DNA from: Vitrella brassicaformis CCMP3155
Lineage: Eukaryota > Protista > Chromerida
Direction of reading: 5' to 3'
Assembly (NCBI GenBank): GCA_001179505.1
Contig: CDMY01000260.1
Location: forward strand, 81,763-145,762
Length of the DNA: 64,000 nucleotides
The position numbers and the translations under genes were made by a program. The first letter of the stretch is position 1. Each line of letters starts with the position of its first letter. Below the pieces are notes generated by a model. It was given only the letters and a program-made list of their open reading frames with translations. It was not told the origin of the DNA and did not search any database. Shown in pieces: positions 13,109 through 26,619 of the stretch.

Positions 13109-13546
13109 GTGAGCGATTGAGGGCTCTGACTGGTCGAGTGGGTGGGGAAGTGGTGGTTGTTGATACGATCGATGTAGAGGACGTGTGTGTGCCCTGCCCT
13201 GCCATGTGTGTGTGATGAGGGCATGAGGGCATCTCGATGGCTGACACTGGTTGACGCTAGACGCTTTCTATGAGGGTTGTCATAGGTCATCTTCACGTGA
13301 TGGATACACACCTGACATACAACGCAGGTCAGTCGGCATGGAGTGTCTCTCTCATCCACACGCAGCTGCTCTCATCGATCTGTTTCCATCCCACCAGCGC
13401 ACACAAGGCACAAAACACACACACACGACACTCGTCATGTCCTCCACCACACCTGCAGACAGACAGACAAGGGAACAGACAACCAACCATCAGATCGGTC
13501 ACACCCATGGGCACACACCCGCAGCCAATCAAGTGACTGACCCCAC

Positions 13547-15616
13547 TCACCAGTCGCAGCACAATGACAAGAGCAAGCGGCCAGTGGGGCGGCCCCGCCG
13601 CCCAGCAAGCCGTAGAATACATAGAATTTGCATCGGCGTTCTCCACCGGGCCCTCGGCAATGTCTCCTGCACACACAACATACACACAAAGGAGAGAGGT
13701 GTCTCGAGCCGTTTAGATGCATCAATCCTCCCCTTAAGCCCCTTGCCAAGGACCCAAGTATGCTCACCACAGAGCCCCTCGAAGCGCATCAGGCTATCTT
13801 CTACAAACACATACCGCGCCAGCTTCTCGGCCGTCCAGTGGACACTCCCACGTGGTGGTGAAGCGGTGCTGTCCTCCTTCTTGTCTGAGGAGGCCCCATC
13901 GAGCACCACTACTGCAGGCGCGTGTCTCCCGCCACCCCGATCTCTCACAGACACTGTTATCGTCCCGTCATGCTCGTCCTTAAGCCCCTCACTCATAGCC
14001 ACTGATAGGATGTGGTCCTCGTCAAATGCCACACCGGGGATCTGCTGTGCCTTCCCAACAAATGCGGAGGAATCGTTGCCTGGGTTGGCGAGGAACGTCG
14101 CATTGAGACCGCTCAGTGCCGCGATTGTGTCGGTGTGTCTCGCGGTCGTGAAGAGAGGGAACAATCGCCGAGAGAGGGGACAGAACTTGCAGTGGGATGC
14201 GGGCAGCACGGTTGGGCGAGAGGGGAAGTGCTTAATATAGAGGGCGATGATGCCGGCAGGGTCCTTCTGCAGCCACACCAGAGGTCCCATTAGCACAAAT
14301 ATCTCATCGTCTGCCCGTGACGCATTCATCGCCTTCATCCGCTTCTCTAGCGACGTCAGTGCATCTCTCCTGTGGGGCAGCAGGGTGAGCGACACACCAA
14401 AGGGTAGCTGATGGACAGCAGAAAGCGCCGTGCTCTTGCAGAAGCTCATCCGCTGCTGCTGCGCGTCCGTGCCAGTGAGATACTCCCACCGGGACTGCAG
14501 GTCCCTGTCTCCCGTGCTCATGAGGTGCAGGTGCCTCCCCTCTTTGCTCGCATCGGCACACGTGCTCTTGTCCGCATATTTCTTCACAGACGGGCCTTTG
14601 GGTTCTTTACCAGCAAAGTGAATGCCGAAGTTGCCCTCCTCGAACTGGTTGTAAGAGTGCCGCCCGAACTCGGTATACTGAAGGAGACACATGTTGTGCT
14701 GCGCCTCCCTGCTGAAGAAGCGAAAGCAAGTCTGCCCATAGCACCGATTCCCCAGACATTCGTCCAGGTTGGATCGGCATTTTGTGGGTGAGCCGAGGAG
14801 CACAAACACAAGGGCCGTCTGGTCGCCCCCGATGGGCTGCGGCGGTCTTGGTACGATCTTCAGCGCATCCGCAATCAGCCTGTGTGAGAACTCGGTGTTT
14901 TTGAGAAAGAAGGCCCCGCTGTTGATCGCAGTGGTGGTGGTGTCAGTGAAAAAGATAGCGTCTCTGTCCTCACACTTCCACTTGCGGATGAGCGCCTCGA
15001 TCGGCTCCTCACAGTTGACCACGATCATGTCCGCGTCCTTCCACACAATATAGTCATAGCCCTTCTGCTGCAGCGCATACGACACCAGCTGCAGCTTCCG
15101 CTCATACGGCGACGAGAAAGACCCCGCCCCGATGAGGTCCAGAACCTGCTGCACTGTCTTGGTGAGAATGGAAGCCCTGGGACGGACATCCACAACGAGA
15201 GAATACCCCCACTTGTTGGCGTACGCCTTGACGTTGCTGAGAGATGCCTCCCAGTCCTTGGCCTCCGAGCTGGGGTACCACATAAGCGACACAATCGCGA
15301 TTCTCGCAGCGTCGCCGCGGCCAGGGATGGTCTGAATAGAGGACTGGTCGCGCACCGGTGGCAGAGGGGACGATGCAGGGGCGCCAGCAGCTGACACTTG
15401 CATGGTCGGAAGGCCGACCGGGGGCTCGAGAGCTCCGTTGTAATGGGCCATTTTGGTTTTTATCGGCAGGAGGGATGGAGCGTCTTCTGCAGTGGTGCTG
15501 GAGTTGGCAGCTGCTGTTTTGCCGATATGGCGGCCTGGCGGTTGTCCTGTTGCCGCTGCAAGGAGAGGCCCGACGAGGACAACGAGAAAAGAATAAAATG
15601 GCCAAGGCGGATGCAT
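13547..15616 (-). CDS. Secretory-pathway GT34 (GMA12/MNN10-type) glycosyltransferase with an extra C-terminal domain; 3' end uncertain (possible exons to ~13230)
   Basis: Signal/anchor MHPPWPFYSFLVVLVGPLLAAA; S/P-rich stem; NVKAYANKWGY, RKLQLV, YDYIVWKDADM (DxD), AINSGAFFLKNTEFS, GDQTAL, FGIHFAG. Confidence 0.8.
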   Translation of the reverse strand: MHPPWPFYSFLVVLVGPLLAAATGQPPGRHIGKTAAANSSTTAEDAPSLLPIKTKMAHYNGALEPPVGLPTMQVSAAGAPASSPLPPVRDQSSIQTIPGRGDAARIAIVSLMWYPSSEAKDWEASLSNVKAYANKWGYSLVVDVRPRASILTKTVQQVLDLIGAGSFSSPYERKLQLVSYALQQKGYDYIVWKDADMIVVNCEEPIEALIRKWKCEDRDAIFFTDTTTTAINSGAFFLKNTEFSHRLIADALKIVPRPPQPIGGDQTALVFVLLGSPTKCRSNLDECLGNRCYGQTCFRFFSREAQHNMCLLQYTEFGRHSYNQFEEGNFGIHFAGKEPKGPSVKKYADKSTCADASKEGRHLHLMSTGDRDLQSRWEYLTGTDAQQQRMSFCKSTALSAVHQLPFGVSLTLLPHRRDALTSLEKRMKAMNASRADDEIFVLMGPLVWLQKDPAGIIALYIKHFPSRPTVLPASHCKFCPLSRRLFPLFTTARHTDTIAALSGLNATFLANPGNDSSAFVGKAQQIPGVAFDEDHILSVAMSEGLKDEHDGTITVSVRDRGGGRHAPAVVVLDGASSDKKEDSTASPPRGSVHWTAEKLARYVFVEDSLMRFEGLCGEHTWVLGKGLKGRIDASKRLETPLSFVCMLCVQETLPRARWRTPMQILCILRLAGRRGRPTGRLLLSLCCDW

Positions 15617-15908
15617 TCCGTGGCGGGCGCCCTTGCGAGGCGGAGAACTAGGGGAAGCAAATGCAGCTTTTTTCTCCCCTCTTCCCCATGATCGCTGGCT
15701 TAGCTCGCCTCCTTCGTTGACGTTACTACACTGAGCCCCCCCTGAGCCCCCCCCCCTTCACGCTTGTCTGGGCCCGTCGTAGCACGTGGCTGTATCGAAA
15801 GTGGCGTGCGGCGGTGTCAGGAATCAGCGGAGTCGTTCATCGTTCACCGGAGTGCAGATTGGAGGGGCCCTGCCCGTCACGCCTCCCCAGGGCGACACTG
15901 ACGACACC

Positions 15909-18389
<2,481 letters not shown>

Positions 18390-19064
18390 GTAGCACAACA
18401 AACATGGCCAGCCAGCCTGATGGATGGATGGACTATCTATCGGCTGGCTGACATTGACATTGGATGTAGCTTAGCTGGTGGGTGTATGTTGATACGCACT
18501 GAGTGAGTGCAGTGCCGTCCCTTCTCTTCGCGTCGCGTAGTCGCCCAGGGCAGCCGTCAGTCATGTGTGTGTCTGTGGTTAATTGACACACGTGACCTGC
18601 TGGCTGGCCTGGCCTGCCTCTGCTCTGCTATTTCTCTCGCTGTAGATGGCTGTCGGTATCAATTAAAATTGGTGCTGCTCTCTGCTCTGCTTTCTTTGTG
18701 AGTAGATGCATGCCTGCCTGTACTTATGCTCCCCTCTCACGAGTATGAAAAGTTTGTCGTGATGTGCGGAGGGAAGGGGCTGCATGCCACTTTGCTTGGC
18801 CTTTGCTGGTGTGTATGGGTGGGCATGTGAGCCATGCAGCCAGGGAGGGACGAAGGGAGCAAGGGATGGACGGATGGATGGAGGGAGGGGGGAACGCGGT
18901 TGCTACGTGTGGGCTGCATGATGGACAAATGGCTGCGTGCCACTGCCTGGATGGTATTAGGGACATGTGCCAAAGTCACTCAGCACATCCATCCATGATG
19001 CAGCAAATTTGATGCATTGCAGTCAGTCGATGTATCCCTTGTCCCCTGCTCACCCACTCAGCTA

Positions 19065-19824
19065 TCACTCACTCATAGCCGGGCCAGCCATGCCCGCCAC
19101 ATCTGCACTGGTATCATGCAGCTGAGCGCACCGCAGACAGTCACACAGAGAAAAAAGATGGTGGCAATGGGTACGGGCAGTTGCGGGTGCAGGTGTGTGT
19201 GGTGTGTGACCGACCGCTTTTGCCATGATGGTATAGATCATGCACTGCTGGATGTCGTCCTTCTTGCGCGGCCACGAGTCCTGGTTCCAGTACCTGCATC
19301 ACACACGCACAGAGAGAGAGCCATGCATCTCCCTGAGGACAGCCCAGCCGTCCGCTTACGTGAACTCATCGAACTCTCCGACAGACTTGAGCACCCTGGC
19401 GCCCTCTACAGCCGAGAACTGCACAGCCCCCTCCCCAATCTCACCGTCCCCGGCCCTTTCCTCCTCCTCCGCCACCCCGACAATGCCCCTCATCCCGTAG
19501 TCGGCCAGCTTGATGGCCGTCCCCCGCAGCAGACGGCCGTGCAGCAGCGCACTCTTGGTCTTGGCCGGAGCGGCCGCCTGCGGCTGGTCGTCCTGCTCCT
19601 CGCCGGCGGCTTCGGCTTCGTCAACATTGGCGGGCGGAGGCTTGCTGGTCATCCACCAGGGAGTCGGCTAAGGGAAGGAGAGGAGGGACGATGCGGCGCT
19701 TTGGTTTCCTTGTCTTTCGTAGCACCTCATCGTAGGTGAGGAAGTTGCATCGCAGATCTTCCACACAACGGTTGTCCTCGCCTATCTGACAAGGCAACAC
19801 GTGCACCTCGCGAGAAGCCGCCAT
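19065..19824 (-). CDS. RNASEH2C: Ribonuclease H2 subunit C
   Basis: Spliced MAASREVHVLPCQI...SALLHGRLLRGTAI...VGEFDEFT|YWNQDSWPRKKDDIQQCM...MAKA|LHD matches RNase H2C motifs (HLLPC, FRGR.L.G, F..FTxW..D.P, AIH). Confidence 0.75.
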
Positions 19825-19950
19825 CAGGTTCAGTGGGGATTGGTCTGTGAATGAATGAAAATCTGTTTCCTCCCCGTGAAAGGGAGGCATCACGAGTTTA
19901 CGCCCAGGAAGCCCCCTCCGCCGCGCTTTTTCCCTCTGTTGTGGCGCATA

Positions 19951-20004
19951 GGAGGCCTTTTAGCCGCCGAGTGAGCACATCATCCGCGACGTTTGCTGAG
20001 CCGC
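19951..20004 (+). repeat. 54-bp element, copy A of an inverted pair (partner 21485-21538)
   Basis: GGAGGCCTTTTAGCCGCCGAGTGAGCACATCATCCGCGACGTTTGCTGAGCCGC vs the reverse complement of 21485-21538; 6 mismatches by manual alignment. Confidence 0.85.
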
Positions 20005-20006
20005 CG

Positions 20007-20978
20007 ATGATGGTGACGCATCCTTTCGAACTCGGTCTCATTCTCACGGTCGGGCTGACCGTTGTGGCAGCCCAGAGCAACTATGGCCGACGTAAGCAGA
20101 GGGGGAACGCACACGCACCAAATTCACCATGTTTCCCGGCAGATCTGCCCGAAATGTCTGCTTTTGCGGCTCTCATGCGGATATGGATGGCTGTGTGGCT
20201 GTATCCATGGCTGCAGACGTGTCGGCGGAAGATGTTGCCGTACAGGGCACTGAATCCCTCGCCACCGAGGGTGGGGCAGGGCGGAATCTGCAGACTCTAC
20301 AGAGGGATCTATCGTTTCTGCTCTGTGTGTGTGTGTGCAGTTGGGCAGATGGCGTTGCTGCAGCTGCAGCTCAACCACACCCTGACCACCATCACCGCCG
20401 CTTACGCCCTTAGCACGGCCGCCATGACCACCAGCACCGCCGCTCACGACCTCAGCACGGCCGCCATGCACGCCATCGACAAGGCCCGGCAAATGCTCTA
20501 TACAGACGCCCTCGGAGGTGAGGGCGATTTCATGGCTCCGTCGCTCTGCTCACACACACATGTGTGTATGTCTGCGCTGTTGTGTGTGTGTCTGTCCGGG
20601 ACCGCCCGGCTGCAGACCGGTGCAAGGTCAATCGATCGTTCCCGGACTATGAGGGGGCCAAGATACTGCAGCGCTGCGCCAAGGAGGGTTACGTGTGTGT
20701 GATGGACAAAGAAGTCCATGCAGCTGACTACGTCCCTGGCACCTGCTACAACTGGTTCAAGAAAGGCGAGAACAACGCCGACTACCAGTGCGGCGACGCA
20801 CCCATCCTGGAGGAAGACGGCTTCTTATACTGCCTCAGGTAAGGAGGTATAAACACCACACAAACAGACAGCTGGATGGATGGACCGACGCACTCTGTGT
20901 GTGTGTGTGTGCGACCCTACCCTGCCCGTGCGTGTGTGCAGAGAACCCACTGGGATCTTGCGCGTGCCCAAGTGGTAG
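20007..20978 (+). CDS. Small putatively secreted protein with a 14-aa tandem repeat and a Cys-rich C-terminal domain
   Basis: Signal-like MMVTHPFELGLILTVGLTVVAAQ; TTITAAYALSTAAM/TTSTAAHDLSTAAM repeat; exon RCKVNRSFPDY...CAKEGYVCV...TCYNWF...YQCGD...YCLR; last exon EPTGILRVPKW*. Exon 2 uncertain. Confidence 0.5.
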
Positions 20979-21484
20979 CCGGCCACTGAGGACCGACAGC
21001 CAGCCACACCAAGTATGTCTCTATCCCCCAACCAACCAACACTGCCGGCCATAGCCACGGTAGCCAGCTGCAGAGACAGACAGACAGAGAAAGACCCAAC
21101 TCATTCAGTTAGTTTAAAGGGGAGAGAGAGAGAGAGAGAGAGAGAGAGGGGAGGGGGACAGACAGAGTCGGATCCATCCATAAAGGTGTGTGCTTGATGC
21201 ACAGCATCATGCACTCATTCATTCAGTCATTCACTCATGACCCGATCGGTCGACCCCTGGCTGCCTGCCTGCTTGTGTGTGTGTGTGTGTGCGTGTGTGA
21301 GTGTGTTTTAAGATGGCTGCACGTGTGGTTTGTGCAGTCACTGGTGGCAGCGTGCCGGCCGGCTGTACGTATGTATGTCTATATGTGGGACCCTCGCCAC
21401 TCTGAAAATGTGCAGAGACACGCATACCGTCCCATCGCACAGCCAGAAGCGCGGGCAGCTATAGCCCTCATCAAGCGCAGCTTC

Positions 21485-21538
21485 GCGGCTCAGCAAAAGT
21501 CGCAGAAGATGCGTTCACTCGGCGGCTAAGAGGCCTCC
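21485..21538 (-). repeat. 54-bp element, copy B (inverted relative to 19951-20004)
   Basis: Reverse complement reads GGAGGCCTCTTAGCCGCCGAGTGAACGCATCTTCTGCGACTTTTGCTGAGCCGC. Confidence 0.85.
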
Positions 21539-21822
21539 GCCCATCGAACAAAGGCGCCGGGGGAGGAGAGGACAGTTGCCTCGTGAAGATTGACAGCTGG
21601 TGCTGCGGAACTCTAGCTGGACTGGCCATTCCACACCATGCATGACTTTGAACAGCGCACTTGTTCGCCACTCAGGCGCATCATAGATAGTATGCAAGGA
21701 TCGATATCCACACACACACATACTTATATACGCACACACGCAAGGCCGACAAAATTACCGACCGACGCCGACCCCTGGCTCGGCTCAACAAACACACCGC
21801 ATTCGTCAGTCAGTCAACTCGC

Positions 21823-23496
21823 TCATTCGCGTCTTGTCGTTGCCCATTTCGCCCCGCCATCAATCAGGTCAGGCACCAGCGCCACACCAATGGCGGCCAG
21901 AAAGGTGACAGCGCCGACCAGCCCGCCCCGTCCAAAGCTCTCAGACAGGATGATCGACGCCCATGCCGCCGCATAGAGGGGCGACGTGGCATAGAACACA
22001 CCTGCACGCACACCAACACACAGACAGGGCATGCCCATGTGTGTGTTTGGTCTGTCTGTCTGTCTGTCTGTCTCACTTACTGGCCATCGACGCGCCGACT
22101 TTGGGGTGTGCCCAGTTTTGCATCTGCATGGTGACGGCCATCTGAACGCCCTGGAAGCCCATCAGCAGGGCCAGCACCACCCACTCGCGTGACGCCAGGA
22201 GGGCCGGCAGCACCCCGCCCCATCCCTGTGCATTGGACGGCCGCAGATCGCCGGCCACGAGGGCCAACAGGACGGCACCAAGCACCTGAACAGACAGAGA
22301 GAAGTGTTCCACGCATTGCAAGGGGGATCGGTGTTTTGTGTAACGTACGCCTGTGGCTTGTTTGGCAATGGCGAGGGGCACAGAGGACTTAGGGGGGAGG
22401 GAGCCGCCCATCTGTGCCGACGTAGGCACAGCCAGCCATTTAGTCGCGTCAAGGCTTGCACGCCATTGCCCCTCTCTCCTTCCCACCCACCCTCCTAGCT
22501 CACTCACCTGTGCCAGCCGAACATCATGCGTGGCGAAGCAGAAGGCGGCCAACGCGCACAGCGCCTCACCCTGACAGACACCACACACAGCATGGGGATG
22601 GTCATCTACCCTGACACCCACACACGCTTACATGCACAAAAGGGTACATGATCCGTTCCCGCAGTGAGCCGGTGAGATGCGGCCTTGTGAGCTCTGCAGC
22701 AGCGGCCGCACCGGGACTGTCAGCGGCCATCATGGCCACACCTGCAGACACATCCACAGACACCACACACACCACAGACAGGCAAGTGCGTGCCTCTTGT
22801 TTGTGTGTGTGTGTGTCCAGCATCGCTTTGTGCACGGCACTGACCTCCCACCGACATGACTGACGCCACCCATATCCGGGGAGGAATGAACCTGCCAAAC
22901 ACAAAACCCTTAGGGCACAGCAGACAGACAGACAGGCAAGACAGATACAAACGCGGCTGCAGAGTGAGAGTGTGTGTGTCCCCCCATCCGCCGACTCGCC
23001 TACCTCAAGTATAGGAGTGATGACGGTGCATAGCTGGCCGAGGAATGCCGATGTGCCGGCCGAAACGCCGCGGCTCATGCCTGCGAGGGAGAGGCTAAAG
23101 CCGATCAGCATGTACATGCCCAGCTCAACACCTGAATGATGAACATCAGGCAGGGCAACCACACACACACACACACACACACGTACACACTCATCAAGGG
23201 CTCATACTCTCATTCCCATGCTGACCCACTCGAGCAACCCTCCTCTGATCACGCGTGACTTGACCGCTGCCCACTTCACGACCCATAAATGACACCAGCA
23301 GCTTGTTGACCAGCAAACAGATGAGCGTCGCACTCTGCAGGCTCGCGTTAACGAAGCTGGATGGCAGAAAAGTGCTGAGCTTGACGTTGAGGTACTTGCA
23401 CATGGGCGCCGTTGTGCCCCACACGATGGGCAGACTCCCAAGCACCACGTAAGGCAGCCACCTGCTGCCGTAATCAGCGAGAGGCCGCACCTGCAT
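21823..23496 (-). CDS. EamA/DMT-superfamily drug-metabolite transporter (start could extend to 23619)
   Basis: Multiple TM segments: LPIVWGTTAPMCK, SGVELGMYMLIGF, VSAGTSAFLGQLCTVITPILE, IWVASVMSV, GEALCALAAFCFATH, MQNWAHPKVGASMAS, VFYATSPLYAAAWASIILSE..GRGGLVG. Confidence 0.8.
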
Positions 23497-23656
23497 CTCC
23501 TCTTTGCTGGTCTTGGTCTGCCCGTGGCTGCCGTTAATCGGGACGTCTGGTGGCTGGGCAAAGAGCCGCGAGAGAGGCCGTTTCCTGTGTGCTGGTGCTG
23601 TTGTCATTCCCCTCCTCATGAGTGGCCTGATGGATGAAAGGCGTGAGGGAGATGCG

Positions 23657-25729
23657 ATGAATGAATCAATCGGATGGGAAGATCCGTATGCCGATGGGCT
23701 GATGACGACGATCATCTGCGTCAAAGATCGCAGATTCATTGAATGGCCCACCCTTGCACCTCGTACTTCTGAGCTCGCAAAACCCTTTGAGCCGTGTAGA
23801 GCTCTTTCCCCAGCTGAGATGGCAGGTTGGGGAGAAAGGATGGCGGATGTATTATTTCCGATGCGCATGGAGGCACAGAGAGCTGCCGAGCTGCGCCAGC
23901 CCGGAGAGCCCTTCACCGTCACCCTCTCCTCCAGCGGAGCCCCGGCTTACGACCTGTCGGCCACCAAACAGCTGGCGTTCGGCTTGGCCGATGGATCTCT
24001 CGCGCCTGATGCGGCTGCCCGGCTGCTGACGCAACACAGGGCCGACCCTTCTGGACTCTACTACAAGGAGAGCCGCCGCCGGTCCGAATCATATTGGTCT
24101 TCTCTGCTCCATCTGGCGGCCGAGAAGTGCAGCGGGGCGGAGGGTGCGGCCATCCTGACACACCTTCTCTCGAGCCCCTTCTGTCCAGATGTCAACCAGA
24201 CCACCCCGTTTGCCGAGGATTGCTTGCGCATCCCCTGGGAGTCTCACGACGAGGCGCCCTTGGACGCCCTGCTGGACCGCCTCCCTCGTGCGACAGACTC
24301 CCCCGGTCGACGGGAGCACCCCACTCAGCTGCCCGCCCTCCTGCCTATGATCGAGACGCTCCTCAGCCACGGCGCGACATGCTACAGCCACTGGGACAGT
24401 GAGGGGCTGCTCGGCAAGGTCTTTCAGAGCGGCGCTGACATGACGGCCAAGGAGTGCCTCGAGGCCGTCGGTCGGCTGACCAGCGCGGCCGCAAGAGCAA
24501 GGACCTACAGACCCACCGCATCCATCCTCTATGGACCCTTCACCTTCTCGTCTGCGTGTGGCTGCCGATTCCGCGAGGAGGAGGCGGTGCCAGGTGGGCG
24601 GCAGGGGGAGGGCGAGAAGGCGGCGGCTGACGAGGGCCAGACCAACCCCGCCATTGCCATACTCGAGAAGGTGCTTGAGGGGACGGGCAGAGAGGTGTTG
24701 GAAGGACAGGAGGGCAGTCGTGCGTTGGAGCGTGCCGTAGAGAGTCAGAACAGGGAGGTGGTGTACTGGCTGGTGAGGCAGGGAGTGCAGGATTGCCGAC
24801 GCCCCTTCCAGGACGATCGCACACTCTGTTCTGCTCACTGGGATGTCGATGTGATGTCACTGCTGGTGAGCGAGGCGGGGGCTGACGTAGACGACGGGCT
24901 GCCCCTCGTCAGTTTTGTTCGTCGTGAGCACTACACTGCTGCACACCACCTGGTGCACCTGGGGGCGTCCGTAGACAGAGCACTCACACACCGCGGCACG
25001 AGAGCCAAAGACCGGCACCGCATTTTGTCGGTGTATCACTCCTATCTGACTCGCTCTGTGCCGACACACGCCATGCGCTTCATCAACACATCCCTCGCCC
25101 CTCTGCGCACCCTCTCTGGCGTGTCGGCCTGTCATCGCGTGTTCGGTTTGGGTGTGTTGTGCTGTCAGATTGCCGCTTATCTAGACCCCCTCGCTCCACT
25201 GCCCTTCTCTGATCGCACGCCACTCGGGCGGCGGCTCAATGCCGCTCTGCGTCATTTCCTCAAGCGTGCCTGCAATTTGGCTGGCCACTCTGTGAGGCGG
25301 CGTTTGTTTCGACACACTGCCTTTGTGACACCACACCTCACACACGCATCGGCCAGCGAGGAAGGGGGAGGGGCGGGATGCGGGCAGATACTCGACGAGG
25401 GCGTTGTGTATGGAGTGCGCGACGTGCTGCACGTGATTCGGTGTGAGGAGGCCCACCACTACGGGCTGCCTCGCATGGTCAGGGGCTTTGGCAACAGGAA
25501 GGCGTTCGCGTGTGCGTTTGATGGCAATGTGGTGGGGGGTGGGGTAGGGGGAAGGCAGTGTGTGGTGGAGAGGATAGAGGGGTGGGAGGGGATGGGGGAA
25601 AGAGGGCCGCCCGGGGCCATGTGGGCCAATGGGCAAGACAAGACCATAGACGAGGTACCTGGGGGGAGGCAGCGAGGGAGGGAGGGAGGGGGGTCGTCAC
25701 GGATAGGCTGGCAAATGGTGTGTGTGTGT

Positions 25730-25760
<31 letters not shown>

Positions 25761-26098
25761 GATGTTATGGATGAGGATGCCATGTCTGGCATGGAGGATA
25801 TGGCCGATGAGGACAACAGGTCAGCGAAGCGACAAAACAGAGGAGGGCGCCGGCCATTGGAGCACTCATGAGTGTATGTCTGTCTGCATGTCGTGCGTGT
25901 GGTCTTGTTGTTTGTCCATCCATCCATCCATCCAGCTTGGGCATTGGTCGTGGTGACGATACGGGCGCCAGAGCAGCAGCGGCACGAAGGGGACGACCAG
26001 TGAGTGGCAAGTCAAAGGAGGGGACAGATTGGTCTGTCTGTCTGCTCCGTCTGTCTGTCTGTCTGCAGCATGAGGAGCTCATGCCATCGGATGACTGA
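23657..26098 (+). CDS. Degenerate ankyrin-repeat-like protein of a lineage-expanded family, acidic tail
   Basis: Long first exon with SLLHLAAEK, TLLSHGA, ALERAVESQNREVVYWLVRQG, LLVSEAGADVD, LVHLGASVD. Three short 3' exons end ELMPSDD* at 26098. Confidence 0.65.
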
Positions 26099-26486
26099 CG
26101 GCAGCAACCAATCCCATCCAATTGAGTGAAGGTGCGTGACCGCCACAACGGCTGGACAGCCGTCTTATTTCTTTCTTTGTGTGTGTACACGTGCACTCCC
26201 ACGTGCAGCCAGACAGATGTCGATGTGAATAGGTACGTGTATGGATCGCGATGCATCTGATCTGCTGCCTTCAGACTCAGACACAGACGCGGGTGTGTGT
26301 GACTGACTGACTGACTGGCTGAGTGAGTGAGTGGTGTGGATGTGGCCGGTTCATGACATGGTGTGGTTGAACGAATGTGTACATACAGCCGAGATCGAAT
26401 CATTCATTCATTCCCCTTTGCAAAGGGGATCGGCGGATCGGTCTCGGTCGGTTGGGTTAGGGTTTGACAAGCACGCACGCATAAAT

Positions 26487-26558
26487 TGTGGTATCCAGCA
26501 TTCGAACCTGGGTCGTCACGCCCACAACGTGACATCCTAACCGCTGGACTAATACCAC
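26487..26558 (-). tRNA. trnH-GUG: tRNA-His(GUG), variant with G53:G61 mismatch (possible pseudogene)
   Basis: Reverse complement folds as GTGGTAT/ATACCAC acceptor stem, GTCC/GGAT D-stem, TCACG-TTGTGGG-CGTGA anticodon arm, CCAGG-TTCGAAT-GCTGG T-arm, discriminator A. Confidence 0.88.
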
Positions 26559-26619
26559 TTGCGAGCTGTGGCGCCAAACCCTTGCGAGCTCTCAAAAATT
26601 CGAGCAGGAAAAGGCGCGA

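Noticed and set aside
13547-15616. Functional cluster of USP (2-5 kb) with GT34
   Set aside because: Separated by the unrelated URB2-like gene; eukaryotic adjacency alone is weak evidence.
22905-22916. AACCCTTAGGG telomere-like palindrome
   Set aside because: A single short match at an EamA splice junction; expected by chance.
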